IMG/VR virus record: IMGVR_UViG_2695420763_000014
Source: a virus
Taxonomy: Duplodnaviria; Heunggongvirae; Uroviricota; Caudoviricetes
DNA length: 32,361 nt
Strand: one strand, 5' to 3'
Positions 1-8,510 of the stretch are shown here, in pieces. Made by a program: the position numbers and the translations under genes. Within the stretch, counting starts at the first letter, position 1, and every line of letters starts with the position of its first letter. Under the pieces are notes generated by a model. That model was not told where the DNA came from, ran no database searches, and saw nothing but the letters and a program-made list of their open reading frames with translations.

Positions 1-237
1 ATGATGTCTATAAATGAAGTTGTTAAACAGGACTGGCACCCCGCGCATGTTGTCGCGGCGGTGCATGTAAAAGGTTTTACTTTACGCTCTCTGTCCATTG
101 AAGCCGGTTTAAACCAGGATTCTTTAAAGAATGCCCTGTACCGCAAATGCCCAAAATATGAGCGCATTATTGCTGATGCTATTGGTGTTGCGCCGGAGGA
201 GATCTGGCCCAGTCGTTACGCTCGTAAGGTGGCATAA
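1..237 (+). CDS. ner: Ner-like DNA-binding protein (early transcription regulator)
   Basis: 78 aa ORF directly upstream of the transposase; C-terminal ...EEIWPSRYA resembles the Mu Ner tail (…EVIWPSRYQ) as I recall it; overall divergent from Mu Ner. Confidence 0.7.
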   Translation: MMSINEVVKQDWHPAHVVAAVHVKGFTLRSLSIEAGLNQDSLKNALYRKCPKYERIIADAIGVAPEEIWPSRYARKVA

Positions 238-239
238 AA

Positions 240-2333
240 ATGTTTGTGTCAGTTAATGAGCTTGTAGGGCTACCAGGTATGCCGGGAACTGCGCAAGGGG
301 TGCGGTATTCCATAAGGAAACTGGCCTCATCTGAGCATTTCAGGCGCAAACGTGCGGGTTCAAAAACCATTGAATACAGCATCGACTGCCTCCCTCCGGT
401 TACACAGCGGGCGTTACGTGAGCGCCATGTAGCTCAACTGATGGCAACCGCCCCGCAGGAGATAACTACCCAGCCTCCTGTAAAGCGTGAACGCAAACAA
501 AATGTTGTACAGCCTGTTGAGGCATATCGCGGTTCGCCACAATTGGTAGAAGAACGTCTGAATGCTCTTACGGAAAATCAACGTAAAGTTGCAGAAGCGC
601 GCATTGCTCTTGTCTGTGAAGTTCTACGAATTAGCCAGGAGCCGGGATTCAGTTGTGCCAGCGCTATACGTTTTATTGTGTCGCGGTTAGCGCAGGGTAA
701 CCTGGAAGAACGCCTGGAATCTTTGGTCATTACTGCTAATGCCCGTAAAGGGAAAGAGCGAACTCTGAGCGCAATTACGCTCAAACGTTGGATAGCTGCG
801 TTTAACAAAGCACAGAATGCCGCAGAACGACTGCTGTTACTGGCACCAGGAAAGCGCGACGAAATAAAACCGGAAGAAATTAGCTGGCTACCTGAATTTC
901 TGGCGCAGTATCGTCAGGCTAACGGCAGGCCTATGTCAGAAGCCTACGAGGATTTTGTTGCTGATTGGCAGCGTCGCCATGCGGACGAACCATACATGCT
1001 GGAGGTGATGCCTTCCTATGATGTTGTCCGGTATGCCATGAAAAAACTGCCGGAAGTGGTGAAACAAAAAGGGCGCGTTACCGGCAGTGAATACCGTCAG
1101 CTTGAAGGATTCACCCGCCGCGACTGGACAGCTATGCCGGTGAATTATGTCTGGATTGGTGACGGTCACGGTATGAAGCTGAAATGTGCACATCCTGTTC
1201 ACGGGCGTCCATTTTCACCGGAAGTTACGTTTGTGATCGACGGTGGAACCCGGTTTGTGGTTGGCTGGAGTCTTGATCTTGCGGAGAACGTGTTCGCTGT
1301 TGCCGGGGCAATACAACACGGCATTCGCAATCACGGAAAACCATTCCTGTATTACTCGGATAATGGTTCCGGTGAAACAGCAGATATGCTGGATAAAGAG
1401 ATCGTCGGGATTCTGCCCCGCCTGGGGATTAACCACCCTACCGGTATTGCGGGAAATCCGCAGGGACGCGGCATTATTGAGCGCCTGAACCGGACGTTAC
1501 CGATGCGTATAGCAAGGAGGTATCGCACCTATTTCGGCAAGGGGGCTGACCGGGAGTCGTTGCGAGTACTTAATCGTGATCTGCGTTCAGCGTTTAATGC
1601 CCTGCAACAGGACAAGCCACTGAGCGCCCGTCAGAAAGCCGCAATGCGCGAGCTGCCGTCCTGGTCAGAACTGATTGAGGCTATCCGTGAGGGGGTGGAG
1701 TGGTACAACAACCGCCCACATTCTGAATTGCCGATGAAACCAAATGGAAAACATTACAGCCCGGCAGAGTTCAGAAAAAAACGCTTAGCGGAAGAAGACA
1801 CTGAAATTGAGTGGCTGAGTGATATTGAGCTGCGTGACATGTTCCGCCCGATGGTGGAGCGTCCGGTAAGACGCTGCGAAATCCAGTGGCTGAACAATAT
1901 TTACTACGCGCCAGAGCTGCGTGATGAACATGGCCGCAAGGTACTTATCAGCTATGACATTCATGATGCCGAGCGAATTACGGTACGCCGTAAGGACGGT
2001 AGCTTTATCTGTGAGGCGATATGGAACGGCAATAAACGCGCAGCCTTTCCTGTTACGGCTGAATATCACAAACAACAGCAGCGTATTAAAGGAATGCGCA
2101 AGCGTGCTGAGGAAAAAATACGTGATGCTGAGGATGAAGGTATTCAGGTTATTGAACAAAAAACGACAGAACCCTGGCTGGATAATGTTTATCGCCCTGT
2201 TGGTAATGTGGTGACCGTTCAGCCGTTGAGGTGTGAGGAAGTGCATGATGATGAATACGAAACTGAGCGTGATGAATATCTGAATCATTCGCTGGATATT
2301 CTGGAACAGAACAGACGTAAAAAAGCCATTTAA
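240..2333 (+). CDS. A: MuA-family DDE transposase, divergent from Mu A except the C-terminal 28 aa
   Basis: 697 aa; SD aaggtgg 8 nt upstream. N-terminus LPGMPGTAQGVRY resembles Mu A domain I-alpha. Candidate DDE triad D308 (WIGDG), D374 (YYSDNG), E414 (IERLN), with D-D spacing 66 vs 67 in Mu A (D269/D336/E392). Ends ...DDEYETERDEYLNHSLDILEQNRRKKAI, the Mu A MuB/ClpX-interaction tail. Confidence 0.93.
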   Translation: MFVSVNELVGLPGMPGTAQGVRYSIRKLASSEHFRRKRAGSKTIEYSIDCLPPVTQRALRERHVAQLMATAPQEITTQPPVKRERKQNVVQPVEAYRGSPQLVEERLNALTENQRKVAEARIALVCEVLRISQEPGFSCASAIRFIVSRLAQGNLEERLESLVITANARKGKERTLSAITLKRWIAAFNKAQNAAERLLLLAPGKRDEIKPEEISWLPEFLAQYRQANGRPMSEAYEDFVADWQRRHADEPYMLEVMPSYDVVRYAMKKLPEVVKQKGRVTGSEYRQLEGFTRRDWTAMPVNYVWIGDGHGMKLKCAHPVHGRPFSPEVTFVIDGGTRFVVGWSLDLAENVFAVAGAIQHGIRNHGKPFLYYSDNGSGETADMLDKEIVGILPRLGINHPTGIAGNPQGRGIIERLNRTLPMRIARRYRTYFGKGADRESLRVLNRDLRSAFNALQQDKPLSARQKAAMRELPSWSELIEAIREGVEWYNNRPHSELPMKPNGKHYSPAEFRKKRLAEEDTEIEWLSDIELRDMFRPMVERPVRRCEIQWLNNIYYAPELRDEHGRKVLISYDIHDAERITVRRKDGSFICEAIWNGNKRAAFPVTAEYHKQQQRIKGMRKRAEEKIRDAEDEGIQVIEQKTTEPWLDNVYRPVGNVVTVQPLRCEEVHDDEYETERDEYLNHSLDILEQNRRKKAI

Positions 2334-2371
2334 TTAACGTTTAAACAAAATTTAATTACGAGGTTATTCAG

Positions 2372-3310
2372 ATGAATATTTCCGATATTCGCGCAGGACT
2401 GCGCACGCTTGTAGAAAATGAAGAAACCACCTTTAAACAAATTGCTCTTGAGAGCGGACTTTCTACCGGAACTATCAGTAGTTTTATCAATGATAAGTAC
2501 AACGGGGATAACGAGCGTGTTTCACAAATGCTGCAACGCTGGCTGGAAAAATATCATGCAGTTGCAGAACTACCTGAACCGCCCCGCTTTGTGGAAACGC
2601 AGACGGTAAAACAAATCTGGACAAGTATGCGTTTTGCCAGCCTGACTGAAAGTATTGCTGTTGTATGTGGCAATCCTGGTGTGGGCAAAACCGAAGCGGC
2701 CCGTGAATATCGCCGCACCAATAACAATGTCTGGATGATCACCATTACGCCATCCTGTGCCAGCGTTCTGGAATGTCTTACTGAACTGGCGTTTGAGCTG
2801 GGAATGAATGACGCACCACGCCGTAAAGGGCCACTCTCCCGTGCCCTGCGACGTCGCCTTGAAGGTACACAGGGGCTGGTTATCATCGACGAAGCTGATC
2901 ATCTTGGTGCCGAAGTTCTGGAAGAACTCCGCCTGTTACAGGAATCAACCCGCACTGGCCTTGTGCTGATGGGAAATCACCGGGTTTATTCAAATATGAC
3001 GGGGGGTAACAGAACGGTTGAATTTGCCCGTCTGTTTTCCCGTATTGCAAAGCGCACTGCAATTAATAAAACCAAAAAAGCCGATGTAAAAGCTATTGCG
3101 GATGCCTGGCAGATTAACGGCGAAAATGAACTGGAGTTATTACAGCAGATTGCGCAGAAACCAGGTGCGCTTCGCATTCTGAATCATTCACTTCGCCTTG
3201 CAGCCATGACGGCTCACGGTAAAGGTGAGCGTGTTAACGAAGATTATCTGCGTCAGGCTTTCCGTGAATTAGACCTGGACGTTGATATTTCAACGCTGCT
3301 GCGTAATTAA
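2372..3310 (+). CDS. B: MuB ATP-dependent target DNA activator
   Basis: 312 aa, same length as Mu B; Walker A GNPGVGKT with the lysine at residue 106 as in Mu B; Walker B VIIDEAD; immediately downstream of the transposase. Confidence 0.93.
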   Translation: MNISDIRAGLRTLVENEETTFKQIALESGLSTGTISSFINDKYNGDNERVSQMLQRWLEKYHAVAELPEPPRFVETQTVKQIWTSMRFASLTESIAVVCGNPGVGKTEAAREYRRTNNNVWMITITPSCASVLECLTELAFELGMNDAPRRKGPLSRALRRRLEGTQGLVIIDEADHLGAEVLEELRLLQESTRTGLVLMGNHRVYSNMTGGNRTVEFARLFSRIAKRTAINKTKKADVKAIADAWQINGENELELLQQIAQKPGALRILNHSLRLAAMTAHGKGERVNEDYLRQAFRELDLDVDISTLLRN

Positions 3311-3325
3311 GAAGGAGAAGAAATT

Positions 3326-3553
3326 ATGATGGCCAGAAATATAAAAATGGCAACGGATGCGCAGAACTGGTTACAGGCGCGCGGGAGTCATGTAAATGAA
3401 TCATATCTCGGCGTGGCGCGTCCGATTCTTGAAATCACTTACCCACCGGTGGAACTGGTAAAAAACGCGGTCAGGATTATGGAGCATAAGTCCGGGGTGG
3501 CCCGTTCTGTATGGACGGCCCGTCTTAATGGTTGTCAGATAATCTGGAGATAG
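3326..3553 (+). CDS. small early protein, unknown function (kil/cim region position)
   Basis: 75 aa ORF with strong SD gaaggagaag upstream; first gene after B. Confidence 0.55.
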
Positions 3554-3560
3554 TATTTAA

Positions 3561-3773
3561 ATGATGGTGATAAATATTCACGATAATCTGGGAATCAGTA
3601 AGTTAATCAACCTTGATAATGTCAGTGTAATGGAAACGACTGTTGAGGGCGGTATTGCTTTTGAATTTATTGATGGTCACCGGCTGGTCGTTCATGTCGG
3701 CAACCATCATCACGCAGAAGATGTGTTTTGGGAACTTAACAAAATCACAAATGCAACACCCGTTAATCAATAA
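3561..3773 (+). CDS. small early protein, unknown function
   Basis: 70 aa ORF, SD ggaga upstream, tightly packed with neighbours. Confidence 0.5.
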   Translation: MMVINIHDNLGISKLINLDNVSVMETTVEGGIAFEFIDGHRLVVHVGNHHHAEDVFWELNKITNATPVNQ

Positions 3774-3780
3774 GCAGGTA

Positions 3781-4056
3781 ATGAAAATGGCAAAAGTAAT
3801 CTTTGAATTTAACAATACAAGAAATATTGAGTTTCAGGATAATGGAGGTTTTGCCGTAAATATGAATGTGCGACTGGAAGAATCCTCACCTGAGGACCAG
3901 ACCGGGCCACATGATGTAATGGCAGGCATCATCAAGAGCATGGCTCCTGAAATCATTAAAAAAGCGACCGAGGAGTTGTTGAAATCAGCCAGGGAGCTTG
4001 GGCTGGAAGCCGAGGGGGAATTATTCAGCTATAACCCGAATGCAGCCAGACATTAA
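3781..4056 (+). CDS. small early protein, unknown function
   Basis: Start chosen at ATG 3781 (MKMAKVIF...), just after the stop of the previous ORF; the ORF track's upstream extension from 3643 overlaps the previous gene and is probably not translated. Confidence 0.5.
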   Translation: MKMAKVIFEFNNTRNIEFQDNGGFAVNMNVRLEESSPEDQTGPHDVMAGIIKSMAPEIIKKATEELLKSARELGLEAEGELFSYNPNAARH

Positions 4057-4076
4057 TTCACAAAGGAACGCTGACA

Positions 4077-4496
4077 ATGAACGTCAAAATCCGAAATGAA
4101 ATTCAGGCATTAATCCGAATTCAGGAACGCAATAACAACGGTGGTGAATTACGCGAGTTTATTTGCGCCCGAAAAGTTGATGATTGTGGTGAAAAGACGT
4201 ACCTGATTGCTTTCGACCATTACAGCATCTGTGCGCGTTATTGCGGCGAAAGCATATCCCGCGCCATTGCATTTGGCGGTGCGTTCAACGTGGATTTATG
4301 GGAGTACGTCATGGACCGGGAATACATCTGCGCATCAGACCCTGAAGCCCGTGAAATGTGGCAGCGTATCTGGCGCGATTACCGGTTAATGGCAAAAGGC
4401 TGGGCGCGCTGCTGTTATTCCTCGCTTGCCCTGAAAGCGGTTCAGTTATCGCTGCGGCATATTCCGGCATCACTGCGCGAGCCTCTGCTGTACTGA
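4077..4496 (+). CDS. early protein, unknown function, Cys-rich
   Basis: 139 aa ORF, SD aaagga upstream; several Cys residues (CARKVDDCGEK, CARYCGES). Confidence 0.55.
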   Translation: MNVKIRNEIQALIRIQERNNNGGELREFICARKVDDCGEKTYLIAFDHYSICARYCGESISRAIAFGGAFNVDLWEYVMDREYICASDPEAREMWQRIWRDYRLMAKGWARCCYSSLALKAVQLSLRHIPASLREPLLY

Positions 4497-4497
4497 C

Positions 4498-4785
4498 ATG
4501 AAGTGTAATCGTAAGCGCTGGTCACGCGAAGACCGGGAATTTATCGAAGCCAACGTCGGGAAAATGACCATTGAAGAAATGGCGGAAAAACTGAAAGTCG
4601 CCACAACCGCCCTCCGGGCACATGCCAGAAGGCACGGAATATCATTGTGTGTATACCGAATCAGTGAACACGACAAATATTTATGTCGTGAACTTTATAA
4701 AGAAGGACTGGATATTCATGTCATTGCCCGAAAGATGGAATTAAGCAATCGAGCTGTATCCAGCATTGTATACAGCGGATATTAA
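4498..4785 (+). CDS. small early protein with two helix-turn-helix-like segments (putative DNA-binding)
   Basis: 95 aa; start 1 nt after the previous stop; segments WSREDREFIEANVGKMTIEEMAEKL and KYLCRELYKEGLDIHVIARKMELSNRAV look like HTH motifs by eye. Confidence 0.5.
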   Translation: MKCNRKRWSREDREFIEANVGKMTIEEMAEKLKVATTALRAHARRHGISLCVYRISEHDKYLCRELYKEGLDIHVIARKMELSNRAVSSIVYSGY

Positions 4786-4804
4786 TTAACAGGAGCTTTA
4801 ATTT

Positions 4805-5329
4805 ATGGCTAAACCAGCAAAACGTATCAAAAGTGCCGCAGCGGCTTATGTGCCACAAAACCGCGATGCGGTGATTACCGATATTAAACGCATCGGGGAT
4901 TTACAGCGCGAAGCATCACGTCTGGAAACGGAAATGAATGATGCCATCGCGGAAATTACGGAGAAATTTGCAGCCCGGATTGCACCGATTAAAACCGATA
5001 TTGAAACCCTTTCAAAAGGCGTTCAGGGATGGTGTGAAGCGAACCGCGACGAACTGACAAACGGCGGCAAAGTGAAGACGGCGAATCTTGTCACCGGAGA
5101 TGTATCGTGGCGGGTACGTCCACCATCAGTAAGTATTCGTGGTATGGATGCAGTGATGGAAACGCTGGAGCGTCTTGGCCTGCAACGCTTTATTCGCACG
5201 AAGCAGGAAATCAACAAGGAAGCGATTTTACTGGAACCGAAAGCGGTCGCAGGTGTTGCCGGAATTACAGTTAAATCAGGCATTGAGGATTTTTCTATTA
5301 TTCCATTTGAACAGGAAGCCGGTATTTAA
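4805..5329 (+). CDS. gam: Gam host-nuclease inhibitor (Ku-like DNA end-binding protein)
   Basis: 174 aa, same length as Mu Gam; the sequence MAKPAKRIKSAAAAYVPQNRDAVITDIKRIGDLQREASRLE... matches my recollection of Mu Gam; SD aggag upstream. Confidence 0.88.
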   Translation: MAKPAKRIKSAAAAYVPQNRDAVITDIKRIGDLQREASRLETEMNDAIAEITEKFAARIAPIKTDIETLSKGVQGWCEANRDELTNGGKVKTANLVTGDVSWRVRPPSVSIRGMDAVMETLERLGLQRFIRTKQEINKEAILLEPKAVAGVAGITVKSGIEDFSIIPFEQEAGI

Positions 5330-5427
5330 TACCACCATTAATATTTAATTAATTCACATTCTTTTAATTATGGCGCGATACGTCAGGGGATTGCTCGCGC
5401 CTGAAACAGATTACTGAGGAATAAAAC

Positions 5428-5958
5428 ATGGTTGATGCAAAAATTCTGAATGGTGTCAGCACATTATTACGGGCTTACGGACGCCTGACCTGCGGAGTTC
5501 TGGCTGAAAAAATGAATATGCTGCCCTCGTCAATGGTGTATTTCCTGCGTGATGCGGTTGATGCCGGAGTGCTCACCGAATGCAACGGATTTTATGACGT
5601 TCCGCGCCCGCGTCCGACGCCGCCTGTAAGACGAAACGCAACTGAGCAGCCTGCTGTTGATGATGCCGCATGGTGTTCCTTCCGCCGCTCATTGCCCTGG
5701 CTGGAAGGCAATGCCATTCCGGCACTGGCAAAAGAATTTGCAACAGGCGTACTGACCTGCGAGTCGGTTTACATCGTTGCGGAAGTGGATGACGAAATGT
5801 GCGAACAGGGAATGCCCCGTTTTGTGATGGCTTATATCGATATCCGGCTGGGGCGTTTTATTTGCAGTTCAAGCGCCTGGAATATCACCGACCATGTACT
5901 GCGTTATCTCATTCTTGATTGTTCTCCGGTTCCCGCAACGATGCAGGAGGTGGCGTGA
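5428..5958 (+). CDS. early protein, unknown function
   Basis: 176 aa ORF with SD gagga upstream. Confidence 0.55.
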   Translation: MVDAKILNGVSTLLRAYGRLTCGVLAEKMNMLPSSMVYFLRDAVDAGVLTECNGFYDVPRPRPTPPVRRNATEQPAVDDAAWCSFRRSLPWLEGNAIPALAKEFATGVLTCESVYIVAEVDDEMCEQGMPRFVMAYIDIRLGRFICSSSAWNITDHVLRYLILDCSPVPATMQEVA

Positions 5959-6488
5959 TGTTTTTTAAAACGTCAAATCCCGCAGCACTGCTGGCATGGG
6001 ACCAGTTTATGGCGGACTGCCTGAAACTACGCGAAGAAGCCTGCCATCTTGATAAGGTTCTGGGTTGTGGTTGCCGGTCAGTATTCAGCACAGGTATTGG
6101 TGGGCGTCATTTTCATGGCGTGAATTTTCCGGGGAATGAGCGACCTTTCTCGCCGGAGCTGTGGACCGTACAACGGCCCGCATCAGGTAACAGTTGCAGG
6201 CCAAGAACATCGCGCATTCCTGCACATCTGCGGGAGCAGTCAAAAGAGCTGGCGAAAATATGGCAGGAGAATATTCCGGTCACTTATGCCCGTACTGACG
6301 CTCTCTTACCCGCACTGGGACTGGATTTCAGCGCAACAATATTCGGGCCACTCCAGTGGTTCCGTGTTGGTGATGTGATTTACGTCATGACGGGGATGAC
6401 ACCCGCGCAAGGCCGCATGACTGAAATCCTTTCTGACGAATTTATCCGGGCGCAAAAACAGGCGGAGGTAACTAATGGAAAACAGTGA
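5958..6488 (+). CDS. early protein, unknown function
   Basis: Start placed at ATG 5958 (MFFKTSNPAAL...), overlapping the previous stop by 1 nt, with SD aggagg at 5944-5949; the ORF-track start at 5919 would overlap the previous gene by 40 nt. Confidence 0.55.
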   Translation: MFFKTSNPAALLAWDQFMADCLKLREEACHLDKVLGCGCRSVFSTGIGGRHFHGVNFPGNERPFSPELWTVQRPASGNSCRPRTSRIPAHLREQSKELAKIWQENIPVTYARTDALLPALGLDFSATIFGPLQWFRVGDVIYVMTGMTPAQGRMTEILSDEFIRAQKQAEVTNGKQ

Positions 6489-6657
6489 AACATCGTATTC
6501 GTGGCTGGGGAAATTTACCACGGTGAAACAGGAATGCCCGACCTGCGGTAATGAATCCCCTGAATATCTGAAAGAGTGCCCTCATTGTGGCGGGCAGAAA
6601 TGCAACCACTGCGATATGGGCGATGACACGGCGTGCATGAATTGTGAAGGTGAGTGA
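6475..6657 (+). CDS. small Cys-rich zinc-ribbon-like protein
   Basis: 60 aa with four CxxC pairs (CPTC, CPHC, CNHC, CMNC); SD ggaggt upstream. Confidence 0.5.
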   Translation: MENSETSYSWLGKFTTVKQECPTCGNESPEYLKECPHCGGQKCNHCDMGDDTACMNCEGE

Positions 6658-6658
6658 T

Positions 6659-6967
6659 ATGAATAATGGTGTATTTTCAAAATCAGAAGAGCTTGCCGCC
6701 CTGCTGATTGCCGGTGGTTTGCCGAAAAAAGAAGTGCATGACTTTGTGAATTTTGTATATGAGCCGTCTCATGAAAAAGCTATTGATGAGGTCATGGCGT
6801 ACCGGTTTGGCATTATTGCTGAGTCACTGAGTCCTCACTGGATTATTGAAAATCTCCGCGCTATTGCTGATGGCAACGATAAATCAGCAGCCGTTGCTGC
6901 ACTGGATGTGTTACGGCAAATGAGTCTGAAATTTTATCCTGAATTTATTCTGAGGGCCGCAAAATGA
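6659..6967 (+). CDS. small early protein, unknown function
   Basis: Start placed at ATG 6659 (MNNGVF...), right after the previous stop; an in-frame GTG at 6644 is the alternative. Confidence 0.5.
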   Translation: MNNGVFSKSEELAALLIAGGLPKKEVHDFVNFVYEPSHEKAIDEVMAYRFGIIAESLSPHWIIENLRAIADGNDKSAAVAALDVLRQMSLKFYPEFILRAAK

Positions 6968-7266
6968 ACAATGAAGATAAATTTACACCCCTTAATATTG
7001 ATAACGTCATGGCTGAAAAAGGGATGCTGGAGCGTGTTCGCGCTATCGTTGAATATGGTATTAAGCATGGACTCACCGCCAGAGAAGTTCGTGACATTAT
7101 CAACCGCGAAATGAATCGTCTGGAAACAGTAGTGGCACTGCAAAATGAAACAGCCCGCGAGGAGTACATCCGCCGCAGGCTGGGGTTATCAGACCAGGAT
7201 ATTGTTACTGACGCTCATGTGTTTGAGGCTTTTGAGATCCGTCAGCATCTGGGTCTAACGAACTGA
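6964..7266 (+). CDS. small early protein, unknown function
   Basis: 100 aa ORF with ATGA stop-start overlap; its 3' end is overlapped by the antisense ORF 7205-7471. Confidence 0.45.
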   Translation: MNNEDKFTPLNIDNVMAEKGMLERVRAIVEYGIKHGLTAREVRDIINREMNRLETVVALQNETAREEYIRRRLGLSDQDIVTDAHVFEAFEIRQHLGLTN

Positions 7267-7471
7267 TAATGTCTTCCATGATCTTTGACAGTTGCAGTTT
7301 TTCGCGGCGGCTTGTTCTCATTGCAGGCGCATCTTTTAAAATCTCTGCTGAAGAGCTGAAAATGGCTTTGCCCTCTTCTGCGGTGATGATCGCCTTCTTC
7401 ACCAGAAGGCGCACCAGCGCTGATGCAATCGCATAGCCTGCAACATCATAAGGTTGTACATTATTTTCCAT
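7205..7471 (-). CDS. hypothetical protein on the opposite strand, in the gap before gemA
   Basis: 88 aa ORF, ATG at 7471, SD-like gagagga 5 nt upstream on the minus strand; lies in an otherwise non-coding 275-bp + strand gap; its 3' end overlaps the previous + strand ORF by 62 nt. Confidence 0.35.
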   Translation of the reverse strand: MENNVQPYDVAGYAIASALVRLLVKKAIITAEEGKAIFSSSAEILKDAPAMRTSRREKLQLSKIMEDIISSLDPDADGSQKPQTHERQ

Positions 7472-7541
7472 AAAATCCTCTCTGATTGATGTGTAAATTC
7501 AGGCGGTGTTGCAGCACCGCCCCCTTTCCGGAGGTACGATC

Positions 7542-8093
7542 ATGAGTCGCACATCCCTGATTAAATTAATTCATGTCGCCCGTCGGGAGCTACAACTCGA
7601 CGACGACACTTACCGCGCTTTTCTGATGCAGAAAACGGGCAAAATCAGTTGCCGCGAGCTGACGGTCACGCAACTGGAACAGGTGCTCGATGCCATGAAA
7701 GAACGCGGCTTTAAGAAGCTGAATAAATACCCCCGTCGCCGCTTTAAGGGGCATGTCACGCCCCGCGAGAAGGTGTATAAAATCTGGCAGCAGATGGCAG
7801 AAGACGGTTTTATTGCCGATGGCGGTGATGTGGCGCTGGATAAATATGTTCAGCGCCTGACCGCGAAACGCAACGGCGGACAGGGCGTTTCCACACTGGC
7901 GTGGTGTCATGGCGACACGCTGCTGACAGTCCTCGAAACACTCAAGCAGTGGCACATCCGCTGTATTCGTGAAGCCTTTTCCCGTCACGGGCTTCCATTG
8001 CCGGTCAGTCCGTCCGGTCGTGAACTGCGCGGCTATGATGCCATGACGGCGGCTTATGCCCATGCCAGAAAGACACGGAGGATGGCACAATGA
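7542..8093 (+). CDS. gemA: GemA-like protein (Mu gp16 family)
   Basis: Start at ATG 7542 with SD ggagg 7 nt upstream; 183 aa; directly upstream of and overlapping mor (ATGA), as in Mu. Confidence 0.6.
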   Translation: MSRTSLIKLIHVARRELQLDDDTYRAFLMQKTGKISCRELTVTQLEQVLDAMKERGFKKLNKYPRRRFKGHVTPREKVYKIWQQMAEDGFIADGGDVALDKYVQRLTAKRNGGQGVSTLAWCHGDTLLTVLETLKQWHIRCIREAFSRHGLPLPVSPSGRELRGYDAMTAAYAHARKTRRMAQ

Positions 8094-8479
8094 CGGAAGA
8101 TTTATTTGGTGATTTGCAGGATGACACCATCCTGGCACATCTTGACAATCCCGCAGAGGATACGTCACGCTTTCCGGCACTGCTGGCGGAGCTGAACGAT
8201 TTACTACGCGGGGAATTGTCCCGGCTGGGTGTTGATCCTGCCCATTCACTGGAGATTGTTGTGGCTATCTGTAAGCATCTGGGCGGCGGTCAGGTCTACA
8301 TTCCACGCGGTCAGGTTCTGGACTCGCTGATTCGGGATTTGCGTATCTGGAATGATTTTAACGGTCGCAACGTCAGCGAACTGACCACCCGTTATGGTGT
8401 CACTTTCAATACGGTTTACAAGGCCATTCGCCGGATGCGACGGCTGAAATACCGCCAGTACCAGCCCTCACTTCTGTAA
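8090..8479 (+). CDS. mor: Mor, middle operon regulator (Mor/C family transcription activator)
   Basis: 129 aa, same length as Mu Mor; paralogous to the downstream C protein (shared ...GG.QVYIP.G / GGRQFYIPCG and ...NGRN motifs); followed by an intrinsic terminator. Confidence 0.85.
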   Translation: MTEDLFGDLQDDTILAHLDNPAEDTSRFPALLAELNDLLRGELSRLGVDPAHSLEIVVAICKHLGGGQVYIPRGQVLDSLIRDLRIWNDFNGRNVSELTTRYGVTFNTVYKAIRRMRRLKYRQYQPSLL

Positions 8480-8484
8480 ACAGT

Positions 8485-8510
8485 AAAGCCGGTTAATCCG
8501 GCTTTTTTTA
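8485..8510 (+). terminator. rho-independent terminator at the end of the early operon (position of Mu t9.2)
   Basis: Stem agccgg (8487-8492) / ccggct (8498-8503), loop ttaat, followed by a run of 6 T; lies 6 nt after the mor stop. Confidence 0.75.

Noticed and set aside
1785-2288. 167-aa minus-strand ORF and other short ORFs inside the transposase gene
   Set aside because: Embedded in the transposase coding region; no start context; spurious.
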